Origin: Antedon mediterranea
Taxonomy: Eukaryota > Animalia > Echinodermata
Direction of reading: 5' to 3'
Assembly (NCBI RefSeq): GCF_964355755.1
Contig: NC_092672.1
Coordinates: 34,416,437-34,480,436, forward strand
DNA: 64,000 nt
Shown: in pieces, positions 61,253 to 64,000 of the stretch
Layout of the letters: each line of letters opens with the position of its first letter
How positions within the stretch are numbered: the stretch's first letter is position 1
The notes under the pieces: generated by a model
Databases searched by the model: none
Told to the model about the DNA's origin: nothing
Seen by the model: only the letters and a program-made list of their open reading frames with translations
Translations under genes and position numbers: made by a program

Positions 61253-63789
61253 TTATTTTACTCTCGTTTTCTTCTTTTTTTCTTTCTTCTTCCCTTTTTT
61301 AACTTTCTCTTCCGTCTTTTTATATAGTCCGTTTTCAGTTTGGGGAAATTCATCAAATTCCAATTCATCCACACTTTGCGAATGAGCTCCATTTATTTTA
61401 CTTCTAACAGCAATTGAATCACTTTGACTGTACTTCTGTAAATTCCTTTCATCTATTCGTTTTTGGCCTGGAGTGTTCGGCAAACTATACGACACGGAGC
61501 TGCTATCCTGGAAGTCGCTGGACAGGTAATTCAACGAACCTTGGCTTTGAGAAAGCGGTTTCTGAAGTTGCACCTTGGATTTAGCTTTGATTTTCTTCTT
61601 CTGTTTGATTAGAGCAACTTGTTTGGCCATTTCGATCTGATTGCTGTGTCGTAGTTGTCTCTCCTTGACTGCGTTTCGTCTTGCAACTTGCAACGAATGT
61701 TCTGCTTCAAACTCTTTCTCAAATACTCTCATCTCTATAACCTGAAACAAAAATAAATATTTTTTAAAAATATTGTGAACAAGTTTTTAATTATCTATAA
61801 TAATATAGACACAACATTTTAGATTAAATAAACTACTATTTAACATCTATATTTTATTCACTGAGGTTGGGTTATGGTTGGGTCACCTTTATATATTACC
61901 ATAAATTCTCTACTAATCATAAACATAATAATAAAATAGTATGAACAATATAGTGGAGCTCCGTAGTGGAGCTGTAGCTTGGTGGTTAACGTGTTTGCCT
62001 TCCAATCCCAAGGTCTGGGGTTCAATCCTGACCTATGTCAGGGTTGTAGCTATTTGAACTCCACTTCCTTAGCCTCAAATGAGACTTAGTTTATAAGCAC
62101 GATAAATTATAAATTCTCTACTAATCATAAACATAATAATAAAATAGTATGAACAATATAGTGGAGCTCCGTAGTGGAGCTGTAGCTTGGTGGTTAACGT
62201 GTTTGCCTTCCAATCCCAAGGTCTGGGGTTCAATCCTGACCTATGTCAGGGTTGTAGCTATTTGAACTCCACTTCCTTAGCCTCAAATGAGACTTAGTTT
62301 ATAAGCACGATAAATTATAAATTCTCTACTAATTATAAACATAATAATGAAATATTCTGAACATTATAATGGAGCTGCAGCTTGGCGGTTAACATGCTTG
62401 CCTTCCAATCCCAAGGTCCAGGGTTCAATCCTGACCTGTGCCAGGGTTGTAGCTATTTGAACTCCACTCCCTAAGCCTCAAATGAGACATAGTTTATAGG
62501 CACGATAAATTACTAAATATTTTATCCATCCTGTAATTGGTGAGTTACTAGCTGTTGGATGCGTATGAAATATATAAATTTAAAAACAAAATAATATTAC
62601 CTCATTTATTAAGAACTCATCTTCTACAACATTATTAGGAATGTTTTTTAATTTTTGAATTGTTTCATAGAAGCCTTGACATTCTTCCATCTGCCGTTTA
62701 CTAGATAACGTGTGTTTAATAATTACTAATGCAACTTTGAATAGCACCTTCACCCCTGTAACATAAATGGTATAATCCAAGTAGTACAGTATATACAATT
62801 TAACAGTATATTCATAATTTTAAATCAACATAAAACTGCCAATATATTTACAGTTATTTTGACAGTAAAAGTTGTAAACTAAACTAAATTCTGCAGTACA
62901 CTAAAATACTATCCTGCAGTAGTTCCTTCACCCCTCTAATATAAATGGTATAATCCAACTGAAATACAACAGCAATACCTCAATAAATATGGTATATACA
63001 GTAATACATTTACTCTATTTCTATACCTAGTAGAATTTGTAGAATAGAATATATCTTTTATATGTATTGTTGCTATACTGCCGTGGCTAGTAAGGTCAGT
63101 TCTTGACCTCAATGTAGACTAGGTATACTAACTCTTTATAGAAATCTTCCATTTGTGTTAAGCTCTGTCTACACTATCAAACTTTACCTGTATGTGACAA
63201 AAAGGTGTGATGTGTCCAAATATGGTAGTGATAAGACATCATCATGTACATATATAGACAGATCACATTTTTTTTGTCACATAAAGTTTGATAGTGTGGA
63301 CAGAGCTTTAAATGTTGGTAAACAAATCAAGACTGACCAAATAAATTACTGTTACGTTACCTTCACATAGAAATATGTCCCAAACTCTAAGAACGGACGC
63401 AAATGGAAAGGTACGCGAGTATATGCACATGAACCATTCAGTCATGTAGTGCACCGGTTCTACATTGTATTCAACCTAACAAAAAAAGCAGTTTATTTAT
63501 ATTCAATACATCGTCTTTTTGCTTTTATCAAATTTATCAAGATTGTGCGCTGATGAATTTATTCGTCTAAAAATATTACTTTCGAGTCTTAGTATGAAAT
63601 TGGGCAAATATTAGGGTTATCAAGGATGACAGAAAATGTAAAATTCACCATATGATGGTAGATGGGTGTTAGGTGGCGCTTCATCAGACCAAGAAGTACG
63701 TCGCCATCTATCTGCATAGCCTCCAATCCAGGACTAAAATAACCAACGAGATATTTTTCACATATTTGAACAAGGCACCAGAATGCTTC
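61253..63789 (-). CDS. TBC1D10A: TBC1D10-family Rab-GAP (EPI64-like), last four exons; 5' part lies beyond the window
   Basis: Minus-strand exons 63789-63649, 63475-63361, 62755-62601, 61741-61253 (TAA), phases consistent. Peptides [69 protein letters not shown]. Likely co-ortholog of TBC1D10A/B/C. Confidence 0.9.
61901..62570 (+). repeat. 208-bp tandem triplication containing a tRNA(Gly)-SINE head
   Basis: Units start at 61901, 62109 and 62317; only the third continues into the SINE tail. Confidence 0.92.
63161..63307. mobile_element. Harbinger MITE family 1, intact copy with TTA TSD
   Basis: TTA|AGCTCTGTCTACACTATCAAAC ... GTTTGATAGTGTGGACAGAGCT|TTA. Confidence 0.92.
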
Positions 63790-64000
63790 CTGAAAATACA
63801 ATACAAAAACATTTTTAATTCCTAGACACAATGTGCTGTACATACTCTATGATATCATTGAAGTACTACTGTATATAGTGATGATGTCATTAAGTTACTA
63901 GTGATGTCATTGAGATACTTATTATGATGTCATTAAGGTATCAGTGATGATGGCATTAGTGGTTTCTCACAGGTGTGCTGACAAAACACTGTACTGTTAT

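Noticed and set aside
61966-62440. Cluster of tRNA-Gly genes
   Set aside because: No convincing acceptor stem; each continues into a SINE body shared with the copies at 6392 and 11715.

Overview
AT-rich, intron-containing animal genomic DNA, probably an invertebrate deuterostome (echinoderm-like; inferred only from gene content and SINE types). Hand-splicing gives five genes with phase-consistent exon chains: UNC119 (+, 5 coding exons, 233 aa); a tectonic gene most like TCTN2 (+, 17 coding exons, about 1144 aa, with an unusually long repeat-built N-terminus); ribosomal S6 kinase RPS6KB (-, 14 exons, 454 aa); an SVOP-family MFS transporter (+, 14 exons, 536 aa); and the last four exons of a TBC1D10 Rab-GAP (-, running off the right edge). 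Non-coding space is dense with repeats: about 26 copies of one Harbinger-type MITE, other MITEs (Tc1/pogo, Kolobok-like, Merlin/MULE-like, P-like, hAT-like), a Helentron-type HINE, tRNA- and 5S-derived SINEs, LINE 3' ends and several satellites. Highlights: a Penelope-like retroelement remnant with an apparently intact variant hammerhead ribozyme in a sense-strand TCTN2 intron; two fold-backs built on hammerhead-like motifs; clustering of Harbinger MITEs near splice sites; the expanded TCTN2 ectodomain; a 36-bp P-like mini-element; and an all-palindrome satellite. All calls are from manual reading; no searches or folding were run, and comparisons to human proteins are from memory.
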